Source of the DNA: Eledone cirrhosa
Taxonomy: Eukaryota
Reading direction: 5' to 3'
Assembly: GCA_964016885.1 (NCBI GenBank)
Contig: OZ024742.1
Span: 156,240,001 to 156,304,000 of the forward strand
Length of the DNA stretch: 64,000 nt
Both the position numbers and the translations under genes were made by a program. This document shows positions 14,396 to 26,800 of this stretch, piece by piece. Under the pieces are notes generated by a model, which had not been told where the DNA came from, made no database searches, and saw nothing but the letters and a program-made list of their open reading frames with translations. Position 1 is the first letter of the stretch; each line of letters begins with the position of its first letter.

Positions 14396-16114
14396 ATAAA
14401 CAATGATATTTCATTACTAACTTTGTTTCGTAACAGTTTTCGTTTTTCATACAGTCACAACATATCCATATAATACAGATAAGTATTACCTATAGCTAAT
14501 ACGGGATTATCACACTTCCGAGAGTAAGCCAGAAATGTAATCATGGAAAACGCATTCAGTATAGAAAGGCCTTTCGTTACCGTTAAACCGCCTTTTTATG
14601 GAGGAATCGAATGAAGCATATCTAGATTCACTAGTGGATCAATCCGATCACAACCTATGGCTGAAGAACTGTTTACCTTGATAATCTAAGCCAACTTAAC
14701 ACTTCTTATAATAATGACTGATTTAATGTACATAAGACAATACGACATTGTTCTTACGATGAGCTTATTATCAGGAATTGATGGAGGAGCGTCACAGAGC
14801 ACTGTGTTGATCACTTAAGGTTTGAGACAGCTCATCTTTACCGGGATGATCTATAATGCAAGGCAGACAACGAATGTAACTAAGTTTTACATCAACAGAA
14901 AAAGAATTCGTTAAAAAGAAATATCACACTTCACATTAGAGATATCGGCATCAAATATATTTTTTCACAAGGCCTACAATTTGAAGGACATGCTCAAGTA
15001 TTACGTGTCTTTACTCGGACAAGTCATAGTATCGTCCGTGCATTCACAGCCAGTCATGTTCATCTGCTGTCAGAACCAAAATAAATAATGTTTACCATGA
15101 AAACCAAAATTGTGAAGTTTCTCCTCAATCAAGTATATCCAGTCCTCGAGACCCTTAAAGAGGAACATTTATGTAACATTTTTTAATATACATGTATTCA
15201 GTATAGCGTGTGTGACAGCAAGAGAGTTTACGCGTAATATTTGCGCTAAAGATATACACAGATACACATATACACACAGGTACACCTCCATATATATATA
15301 TATATATATTGCGGAAATGGTGTATAAATTAAACAACATGTTTAGAAAATATGTTTCATTAAGGAAAACAACTATAAGAGTATATATTTTTGAATCAGTC
15401 AGTTAATTGCATTCTGTTGAAGAATTTCGTATTAAAAAGTCCGGTTGACTACAATTCTAATCGGCTGAGTTTGCTCTATTTATGAATAGTTAACCGTTAA
15501 TTTAGCAGCGTTAAATTCACATCCTCTTCATTGTTATACCGGCAATTTTCTTTCTTCCAGTCTAATGTTGATACCCATTAATTAGGTAAGACAAACATGA
15601 ATAAATCCTTCATTTATGATTATCAAACACAAGTGATGATACAGTTTTTTATAGAAATATTATCTTCACATTTCTTGAAATAAATCCGAAGCCTTCCATC
15701 ATTTTTCCACGATTTAAACATGATTTTAGATTTCTGAAATGAATCAAATAAAGTAAATAACAGGAAATCTAACAAAATATGAAATGTAATGAAAGAAAAT
15801 CAAATAAAATACTATAACAATATTTAAATTAGAAAAATTTGAAAGCGAACATTTCCGAAAATATAACTGATGTTTAAATAATTTTATATAGGAAATTACT
15901 TCAAGCACAAAGTTGAAAGGAATTCGAGGAATATGAATATAGTTCACTTTACGGTCTTTATAATATCTTAATTACATGTTTGTCTCCGAGTTCGTTAAGA
16001 ATTCTAAAGAGTGAAACTGAGACACTATTCTTTGAAAATAACGGAGATATAGTTAATGTTCAGAGAGTCAATTGAAATGACCAAAATAGTTACGAAGTTA
16101 TATGAATTACATGA

Positions 16115-16179
<65 letters not shown>

Positions 16180-16493
16180 TATGGATGTATATATGTTTAT
16201 ATGTATATATTCCTGTGACGATACATTGAGAAACATTGTAAAATACAGAGACACCCAAATTCTCACAATGACACGCCAACACACTGACACACGTTCCTGA
16301 TGGGTTATATACACAGATTTCAGATTTCATATAGCGTATTTATAAAATTTCATTATTGAATTAAATATTTCTATATAGTTTCGTTAGATTTGTTGCTTGT
16401 TTAGTATAACTTTTGTGTCAGAGACGGTGGCGGGCGTTGATAGAAGAGTTATTTATATATTTGCATCCATATACGTTCTAAGCGCAGTTACAA

Positions 16494-17591
<1,098 letters not shown>

Positions 17592-17933
17592 ATGTTGATC
17601 GATTTAATTCACCAACTGAGACTTATTATCAGTATTCGTATTCATGTAAAAATATAAATTTTATTTTCCGAAACATATGTAACCTTTCGCAAATTAATGA
17701 AGTTTTCTATACGGACGTGCCTGGTACAATTTATAATTCAATTTCATAAATGTACTATAGTTTAAAAACAGGAGTAGAGCGGAGAGATTTACCTGCAATG
17801 GCAATAAAACAAATTCTATAAAAGATTTTATCAGAATACTCCGATCATAATAAATCAAGGGACGAATTAATTTCAGACTCTTAATTAAAATGAATCAAGG
17901 TAAAATAAATACAACACACACACACGTATATAT

Positions 17934-18092
<159 letters not shown>

Positions 18093-18799
18093 AATATTAA
18101 CAAATGAAAAATATTCTCATAATCAGAATATATACTTTATTATATATGGTAAATTACTATAAGTCATTTGGAAGCCTCGACAATGGAAATGGGTAAATCT
18201 CCGGGTAACAAGATCCGGTGGTGAAGAGAGATATGTAAGTGGGTGTACGTTGAGATGCGTGGCGTGTATAAGACGTGTAGAGGAATGAAGGAAAGAGCAT
18301 AACGGATAAAATTAAAATAACAACACGAGAGAGAGTTACCTTGGGAGAGATTTAATTGTCCCTATATATTTCGGATTCACATCCATCAACTGGGGTTTTT
18401 TTCCGGGGTGGGGGAAAGGTTATCTGTCGGAAAGGTGCGAAACGCGTCCTCCGCTGTTTGTTGTTTTGAATATCTGAGGTATTCGGCAGAGCGCGTGCGC
18501 GTGAAATGGGGTCGGTCGGTCGGGCAGAGGTCAGCGACCGAAGTAGTTCTTTCAATTGTGGGAGTGGGGCGACGCTAGGTGTCAGTCCATTCTCTGCTTG
18601 TTTGTTAAATGTTACTGTGTGTGTGCGTGTGTTGTTGTCTCACTTGAGTGTGTGTGTGTCGTGTGTTGTTGCCTTGTTCCTATGTATTGGGAGTGTAGTA
18701 TGTTCGTATGGTGGAATGCTACCGTGTTTGTGTGTGTGTGCGGGTGTTCTTATCTCGCTTGTGTGTGTGTGTGCGTTTGTTGCTGCATCGTTTGTTAAC

Positions 18800-19243
18800 T
18801 TAAACCAACCACCTCATTTCGCTTCTCTCGGATCGATTGTTTATTTGTGGCACTAGGCGTTTGATCCAAAGTGCTTCCTTGATACGTAACGTGCCGACGT
18901 TTCTTTCAGTCGCTAGAATTGTGACAATGGGCCTTCCGTCTTTGTTTCCGCATTTGGTTTTACTGTGTTCCTTGATCCGGATGTGCAAAGGTCGGATTGT
19001 GCTACCTATATAGTATTGGTTGCACTTGTTACATTCTATCTTATACACGACGTATGTGCGTAGGCAACAGTTCGCATGGCGTATCGGGCAGTCTCTGAGG
19101 GAGCAAGCGTCAGTTGATTTCCCGGGTTTCCTGGAGAGGCATCTTCGCAGGGAGGGGCCCGAGTGGGCCAGGTGGATGTCGAGGCCCTCCCTGCGTATAG
19201 CCTTGCGTATAGCGTTGGTGGTATTCTCGTCCAGGTGTGGCAT
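18800..19243 (-). CDS. PLE family 2 Cys-rich linker and GIY-YIG endonuclease
   Basis: CSLRDCPI..CC..VVYKIECNKC..YIGST.R.L..R..EH..EALWI...P.IN. Confidence 0.85.
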   Translation of the reverse strand: MPHLDENTTNAIRKAIRREGLDIHLAHSGPSLRRCLSRKPGKSTDACSLRDCPIRHANCCLRTYVVYKIECNKCNQYYIGSTIRPLHIRIKEHSKTKCGNKDGRPIVTILATERNVGTLRIKEALWIKRLVPQINNRSERSEMRWLV

Positions 19244-19285
19244 TTTAAGGAAGCACTTGCTTTGGGTGCCTCTCTGTCTCTTGTG

Positions 19286-20339
19286 TCAGCTGTCTCCTAC
19301 TCTGTCTGTGAGCGAGGTAGGGTACCCGTTCGTCTCCAGCACCTCGAGGAATCGCTTGGTATGAGTGACACCACTCGCGAGATCGCTGCATCTGTTTTTG
19401 ATTCGCGCGATCTCGTTCGTGATGTATCCTCTTTTGGCACTGTTAGGGAGGGCGGACTTGTAGTGAACGAACAGGTCCCTGCAGGCTGACTTTCGGTAGA
19501 AGTTGCAGTGGATCCTTCCCTGTAACGTGATATTGATTCGGAAGACGAGGAGGGCAAGTGACCCGTCTTCGTTGGGGGTGTTCAACACTGAAGTCAATGT
19601 TCTCGTCCGTGTTGTTGAACGTCTCATAGATTCTGTTCGCCGCGTCTTGGGAAGATGTGAGGATGAGGATATCGTCCACGTACCTTGAGAAAAAGGCGAC
19701 GGCGTTAGGGTGGCATGCGTTGAGTGCCTTGCCCTCGAGGTTGTCCATGTAAGAGATCGCTAGCACACCCGACAGGCTTGATCCCATGGGCAATCCCGCG
19801 GTTTGTGGGTATGTATGGTCAAAGAATCTGAAGTAGGTGTTGTCGACGACGATGGATAGGAGTTGGCGGATGTCAGTGGAGGTGTGCCCGAAGCAGTGTA
19901 GGTCGGTGGATTGGACGCGTTCCATCAGTATATTGACGGCCGGGAGTGCCGGGACCGAGGTGGTGAGAGCGACTACATCAAGGCTGAAGGCATATCTGTT
20001 ATTCTTTCTGGTATTGGGATTCATTTGATGCAGGCGCTTCAACACCTCCTCGGAGCTGTTAACGTGCCCTGGCAAGGTGTCTAAGATGGGCGTGAGTATT
20101 CTGGCTAGGAGCCATGAAATTTTGTAGAGTGGTCCTTCCACGCTCGATAGAATGGGCCTGATCTTCAGCTCGGGTCCCTGTTTGTGTGTTTTCACGAGAT
20201 GGTAGAAGGCGGGTAGTCTGCTGTTCCTCGTGAGGAGGAGTGCCGGGACCGAGGTGTAGAGAGCGACTACATCAAGGCTGAAGGCATATCTGTTATTCTT
20301 TCTGGTGTCGGGATCCATTTGATGCAAGCGCTTCAACAC
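19286..20339 (-). pseudogene. PLE family 2 reverse transcriptase (frameshifted; ORFs 19443..20339 and 19286..19627)
   Basis: RT motifs to YVDD, then the thumb region (FYRKSACRDLFVHYKSALP) in another frame; ~290-bp internal tandem duplication. Confidence 0.85.
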
Positions 20340-20523
20340 CTCCTCGGAGAATTAACGTGTCCCGGCAAGGTGTCTAAGATGGGTTTGAGTATTCTGGCTA
20401 GGAGCCATGAAATTTTGTAGAGTGGTCCTTCCACGCTCGATACAATGGGCCTGATCTTCAGGTTGTGTCCCTGTTTGTGTGTTTTCACGAGGTGATAGAA
20501 GGCGGGTAGTCTGCTGTTCCTCT

Positions 20524-20805
20524 TTTATTATATACATTTCAGAAGTACTGTGTTGTTTTTTCAGTACGTCCTCATCAGACAAATTATATGATTTGATATA
20601 TGACATATCGCTACGGTCTTGATTATACAATTCCAGTTTTGCAATACTGGAATTGTATAATCAAGACCGTAGCAGTATGTCATATATCAAATCATATATT
20701 TTGTCTGATGAGGACGTACTGAAAAAGCAACACAGTATCTCTGAAATATATATAATAAATTATATAATTTGATTATGAGAATATTTTTCATTTGTTAATA
20801 TTTTG
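20524..20805. repeat. Long AT-rich foldback with a hammerhead motif in each arm
   Basis: 20524-20637 is the reverse complement of ~20646-20759 with few mismatches. 20749-20805 is the reverse complement of 18091-18146. Confidence 0.9.
20686..20773 (+). ncRNA. Type I hammerhead ribozyme motif with long helix I
   Basis: atcaaatcatatattttgt-CTGATGA-ggacgTACTG(aaaaagcaaca)CAGTAtctct-GAAA-tatata-TA-ataaattatataatttgat. Helix I is 19 bp with 2 mismatches and one G-U; helix III is palindromic. Confidence 0.72.
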
Positions 20806-21105
20806 AATAATATTTAAAACTCCAGGAAAACTTCACTGTTGCGTGCTTCTAATCTATTGTAAATGTGTATTCATTGAGTAATCTACGAATCATACTAATC
20901 TTTGGTTATATATATATAAACATATATATATATATATATATATTGTTATACTTTGGGAGGGTCATGTTGCCAATAAGAAACACACGCACCAGTTGCTTTC
21001 ACTTCAAGTTATTATATATTTATAAATTTATAAATTTACAAATTTACAAACCTATAATTTTCTGGTTGGTTGGTTGGTTCCACAACCAGATAGTTGTTTA
21101 TATAT

Positions 21106-21150
21106 AGTCATAGTCCTTTCGTCACACACTCTGTGACCTCTTCAGTGACT
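21106..21150 (-). ncRNA. Minimal type I hammerhead motif
   Basis: AGTCA-CTGAAGA-G-GTCACA(gagtg)TGTGAC-GAAA-GGACTA-TGACT. Confidence 0.75.
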
Positions 21151-21429
21151 GGGTATTCCTTTCTTTGTTTCTGTGCCTTTCCTTTCTTCTATCCTACGCC
21201 ATTGTGTTTCTGTGTATGTGTTGTGTGCTCAGTTTGCGCATGCGCCACATCCGGGTGTCTGTGTGTGTTTGTGTTCATTTATCTATTTGTTTATTTATTT
21301 ATTTATTTATTGTTGGTTGGTTGTTTGTTCTATGTGTGTGTGTGTTTTCATTTTGTCCTGTGTGTGTTTTCATTTTGTCCTTAATTGTAAGTTGTTTGTT
21401 CTATGTGTGTGTTTGTTTTCATTTTGTCC

Positions 21430-22900
21430 TTAATTGTAAGTTGTGATGTTGCTGTTCCACTCATATTTTCTATTTAATTTTGGTTTTAATTCTTTTATGC
21501 TTACTGCCTCTGTAATTTGCCTAAACATTGCGTCTTTTCTGTGTGTGGATTCTATTTTTATTTCTATGCTCTCTAATCTACCCCTGTGTTCTATCTTAGC
21601 ATGTTGGTAGAGCACAAATGATTCTTATTATCTTGGAGGTCTCGCCAGTGTTCATTTATTCGCTCCCCTATACTACGAGCTGTCTCACCTATGTACACTA
21701 TATTTTTGTTTCTACATTGTCCTTCAGTACAGCTTATGCTATACACTACATTTCTAGTTTTACAGTTAATATGGGGGCTTATTTTAAAGGTTATACATTT
21801 CTTATCTATACATGAGGGTCTTTGGAACGGGTATGTCTTGCTAATAAGTGTTTTTACGGAGGTACCAGGTCTTTCTACTATCTTAATATTGAGATTATGT
21901 TTCTTTAGGGCCCTTCTAAATTTGTAGGCATGTTCGCCTCTAGGGGTTGTATTGATGAACATTACACTCTGGTATTTATTGCTATCATACCATGAGTTTA
22001 TTCTATTAGCCTTGTTCCTAGTTCTTTCTATTCTATTCCGAAATTTGCTCCTGTACAAGGGGCAGGTCCCATTTATGTCATTATTTACCATTTTTTCCCA
22101 TTTGGTTCTGGCTCCTTTATACACTCTGATCCTATCTCTCTGATTGTAGCCAGAGAATTGCATACGGTGGATGAAGTGTTGTATGTGTCTCTCTAGTTCT
22201 TCGGGGTTGCACATGCGGGACACATTTCTCATCACCCGTACCAAATCCACAATCAGTATGTTGATCGTGGTATGGTCCGAAATGGCCGAGTTTCGGTGGA
22301 TCAGATGTTTGGAAGTCATGGGTTTGGCATAATGGGAATGGAGGATTTGTTTTTGGTTGTTAATGGTATCTAACCAGATCTCTGTGTCTAGTACAGGTAA
22401 TCGATGGTTGGGGTGTCTACTTGGGTAGTCTATAGTAACTCTAATGCTCTGGTGGATGGAGTTTGCTATTTGCTGGATGCTTTCCATTGTGTTTTTCTCT
22501 AGTTCCTGACTGTTCTTTAGTGGGGGTGTCTTAACTACGATGATTATATCATCTACGTAGCGGGAGTACATTATCAGGGTTAAGCTGTCTTCTAATTGTT
22601 CATTAAGTTTTTGTTTAAGTCTACTGTCCCACCATACCATAAATAAGTTAGCTATGTCGCCTGCAATGCTAACACCAATGGCTGCTCCTTCCTCTTGGGC
22701 ATATGTTTTACCAATAAATTTGAACATATGTTCCTTAAGGGTTAATTTTATGCTGGCCCCTACTGCATGTGCAATCCTTTTCTTCAGTTCATCGTGGTTT
22801 TCGGGTGTCCGTATGGCTCTGGTCCACCCGTTCCATCTATCTGTGTGGGTTTTCTTGGCCATTGAGGTAATGGTAGGTGGCCTGCCTCTTGCTGGTCTTT
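21430..22900 (-). pseudogene. PLE family 1 RT C-half and GIY-YIG (ORFs 21591..23105 and 21430..21615)
   Basis: QEEGAAIG, FMVWWD, YSRYVDD, LPVLD, VVYSISC..YIGETAR...R..EH; frameshift near 21615. Confidence 0.88.
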
Positions 22901-23127
22901 CAAAATGAAAACACACACATGACAAAATGAAAACACACACACACATAGAACAAACAACCAACCAACAATAAATAAATAAATAAATAAACAAATAGATAAA
23001 TGAACACAAACACACACAGACACCCGGATGTGGCGCATGCGCAAACTGAGTACACAACACACACACAGAAACAAAATGGCGTAGGATAGAAGAAAGGAAA
23101 GGCACAGAAACAAAGAAAGGAATCCCC

Positions 23128-23172
23128 AGTCACTGAAGAGGTCACAGAGTGTGTGACGAAAGGACTATGACT
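23128..23172 (+). ncRNA. Minimal type I hammerhead motif (inverted pLTR)
   Basis: Exact inverted copy of 21106-21150. Confidence 0.75.
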
Positions 23173-23392
23173 ATATATAAACAACTATCTGGTTGTGGAA
23201 CCAACCAACCAACCAGAAATTTATAGGTTTGTAAATTTGTAAATTTATAAATTTATAAATATATAATAACTTGAAGTGAAAGCAACTGGTGCGTGTGTTT
23301 CTTATTGGCAACATGACCCTCCCAAAGTATAGCAATATCGGTTTCAACACACGATTTCAGATAAAGAATCTTGCTAAACAAATTCAGAAACG

Positions 23393-23481
<89 letters not shown>

Positions 23482-23486
23482 AACAG

Positions 23487-23650
23487 GTAGGACCCCGACG
23501 GCTGAGCTCAAGCCGTTTCGACGGCTAATTCTGTCCAGAATTAGCCGTCGAAACGGCTTCAGCTCAGCCGTCGGGGTCCTACTTATTCCCATTACACACT
23601 CTACTAACCTAAGTATTGATTACTTTGGTGCGTTATGGTCAATCTGCTTT
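23487..23650 (+). mobile_element. Family 3 foldback element with near-perfect ~46-bp hairpin
   Basis: gtaggaccccgacggctgagctcaagccgtttcgacggctaattctg-tc-cagaattagccgtcgaaacggcttcagctcagccgtcggggtcctac, then the family 3 tail, in (TA)n. Confidence 0.75.
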
Positions 23651-23668
23651 TTTACCACATTTCCTTCG

Positions 23669-23813
<145 letters not shown>

Positions 23814-26800
23814 CACATATAGATATATACATAAATATATATATGTATACCATTGCTGACCTAGAAACCCAGGTGAAGTTTGCTTACAATTTTGAGATTT
23901 CCTTTCCTTCTATGATTAATATCTTAATAAACAAAAAAAAAAGAGATTTCGTTCGTGTTTACCTCGCTAGTCAACTGTGTTACGCGTTAGAAGAATCTGT
24001 TTTAGATTTAAAACAAAGCAAACCGATAATATCGATACAATACGACACAGCTGTTCATATTTTGGCAAACAATAGCAGCAGTTTGGAACATGTGAATTAT
24101 TCAGAAATCCACTGAGTTATTAGTAAAGTCTACAAAGCAAATCATCTCTTTTTCTAACATACAATGTCTAAATTGTATTATCAAAATGTTGCCTCTTGAA
24201 AACATTTATAAAACTGAAAAGAAAAAAGGGAAACAATATTATATTTTTGATATTTTCTCTCATATAATATCACTGATTATATTCCATTCATGTGCGACAT
24301 ATTTTTTCCCTCCTTTTAAAGTATTTGTTTGTATACAATTGGATCAAATTCGGATGGTCTCTGTTTACTTGTCATGCTTCTCTCGAAACTCTAATCCCCA
24401 GTTTCATTTCTCAGCCGACACACTTTTCCTTTACGGAGTTCATAATTATCTTTTATTGGATAAATGTTCGAAATAATCATTATTCAACAATAAATATTGA
24501 GAGGGATATTGCGATTTGACAACGTAAATTGTTATTGGATTTTACAAAAAATTATTTAGAAGAAATCAATTTGTAATCCCTTTGAGTTGCATCTGCAAAC
24601 CACGTCCAATTGCCCTTCGTATTTCACACCATTTAAGTAAGTTATAGATAGATGACTCCTTTATACAGTCGGCACCTCTCACAGGCAATAATTTCGTCGT
24701 ATTCTGTTACATTATATATACTCCTGTCAAATGATAAAAGCGTGGAAAACTGAATATATTCGTTTCCAGAAATGTAGTGCAATGGAATCAATGTGCTCAT
24801 CATTTACAATGGGTTTGACTTATAATTCATTGAAAACGCATTAGTCTCTAGCAGCAGTAATGAAGTCATTATGTATAAACAGAATATTTCGACATTTTGT
24901 TTTACCATCAAAATAAATTTTGGATTTCGTAGTTTTGTTCAATAAAACAATGACATCCTAAATTGATAGTTGTTTCATAAAACTCAGAGAGTTAGTGTTC
25001 TTAAAATAATGTTAAAATATCGTCCTGAGATTTGTATACAAGTTTCTCTGGTGTCGTTAAGCATGTAATAATAGATATCAAAGCATGATTTCATGGTAGC
25101 CTGTATCTGATGCATATGCCCGCTATTGGGAAAATTGAAACATAAGATAAGTAAAATATACGACTAATATTCAGAAAAGAAAATGTTCTCCTTTATTGTG
25201 TGAGTCCAGACTTTGAAATGTTACATTCATGCATTTCCTACTCAACTTTATGTTTTACATATAGGTGTCTGAAGAAAAGGTAGAAGCAGGAATTTAATGT
25301 TGAAATATCAATTCGGGATGGAATTAAATAAATGATTGGTGTTGTGTGTGATAGTGTAATGATAAGGTGAAGACCAATGAATCTTGAAATAATTGTTTCT
25401 ACGTATCTTGAAATAATATAGGTTTATTAGTAAGGTGTGTCGATATGAAATAAGAGGGTAAAGTGTGTCGTTGGCCTGTTGATTGTGAAATCGGTGCAAT
25501 GTTCTAGATTTCAATCAGTTCAGGCAGAATGAAGTTAAAATCTTATTTATTTGCATAAAGTTTGCTTTGTTTTGTTAATGATCACTGTGTTTTTTATAAC
25601 CTCAGTATTAGCTATAATTGGGTATTATGTTACCAATACTTAGATACACTAATCACTATCGTCAGCTCTATTATGTCAGTAATAACTCGTATTCCAATAT
25701 ATATCAATGCTTCAACATTCCGAAGTCTATGAAAGAGACAAATGTCAACTAAATAGTAACGACAATGGTAGGATAGTGAGACGTCTGCTGGTTTGTGGTT
25801 ATGAGCATGATATGAGACAGAAGGTAATTTTAATTTGAAGTTTGCTTTGGTTTGTATATAATATGATTGTTTGACCATAGCTGATTCTATATCATTTATT
25901 TTAGTTTCTCCACGTGTTCTTGTAGTTTATTATTGTAATGATTTCTAGATGTGGCACATATTCTATAATAAATAAGGAAACTATTAATCTTTTGGAAACT
26001 CATGTGGTTGCCACATTACGCATAATGTAGATACTAGTTCATGTCATTCCACCTCCTATATTCTGCTTTCAAAACCTTCGAAACTTTAGATGACAATTAG
26101 CTGTTGCATAAATTAGAATAAATTTCATAACATTATGATACCAAATATTATATTATAACCTATTTATGAACATTTCAAAATTGTCATTCCTTCCTTCTGT
26201 GAGGTAAATATGCACGAAAAGTAGTGAGTGTTACTGAACCACATTTTTATAAAGCTTTCCTGTATTTATGTATCAGGATTTCGTTACCGTATAGTGGTGC
26301 GAGGTAGGGAAGCTGTTGTTGAATCGGAAACCTGGCTCTAATGCTGATAAGTGAGGGGACTTTACTGAAATCGTTTAAGAGCCAGGTGGTATTATCCAAC
26401 AGGATGATGGATGTTACTTCTTCATTTTAATCTATCTGTTCTATATACAATACCCGAAGAGAAAATATACATTGTCTCGTATATAAAGGCATTTTATAAT
26501 AAACGGGCAAAAACAATGAAAACAAAAATAAGGGGAAGGGTAGCAAAGACAAATTCTACACACCTATACATGTGGTTAATCTCAGCTGCAATCTGCGGAT
26601 AAAATGGCGAAGGCTTAGCCCCAAAGAACAGCCTCTAAATAACCTCATGGGGCTTCTTCTCCAGGTGAGATACATGCCTTAACCTTTTGTGGAAAAACAG
26701 GCATTCCGATGATCGAGGACTCAGAAGGTCTCTACGGTGACTGGCACGAAATAGAAGCGGTCGGTCAAGTCCTTGTGTTTGACAAATCAGAATTACTCCA

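Larger units (their letters stand above)
18147..20523 (-). mobile_element. PLE family 2 (GC-rich, possibly Nematis-like), 5'-truncated, RT + GIY-YIG
   Basis: RT motifs LPAFYHLVKTHK, KIRPILSSVEGP, FSLDVVALYTSVP, QTAGLPMGSSLS and FSRYVDD. Endonuclease VVYKIECNKCNQYYIGSTIRPLHIRIKEH. 11-bp direct repeat tttattatata at 18136-18146 and 20524-20534. Confidence 0.9.
20942..23395 (-). mobile_element. PLE family 1 copy B with ~430-bp inverted pseudo-LTRs
   Basis: Body 20942-22900 (-) runs from RPARGRPPTIT through YSRYVDD to GIY-YIG. 22901-23335 (+) is an inverted copy of the 3' pLTR, followed by a ~60-nt tail. (TA)n on both sides. Confidence 0.93.

Noticed and set aside
18420-18455. GAAACGCGTC, a typical PLE hammerhead helix III
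   Set aside because: No CTGANGA core or helix I found at the right spacing, and it is antisense to the element.
21094-21446. Recurrent Cys/Val/Phe-rich ORFs that look like membrane peptides (also 11733, 33293, 48705, 59939)
   Set aside because: Antisense readings of the A/C-rich PLE 3' region; start and stop positions differ among copies.
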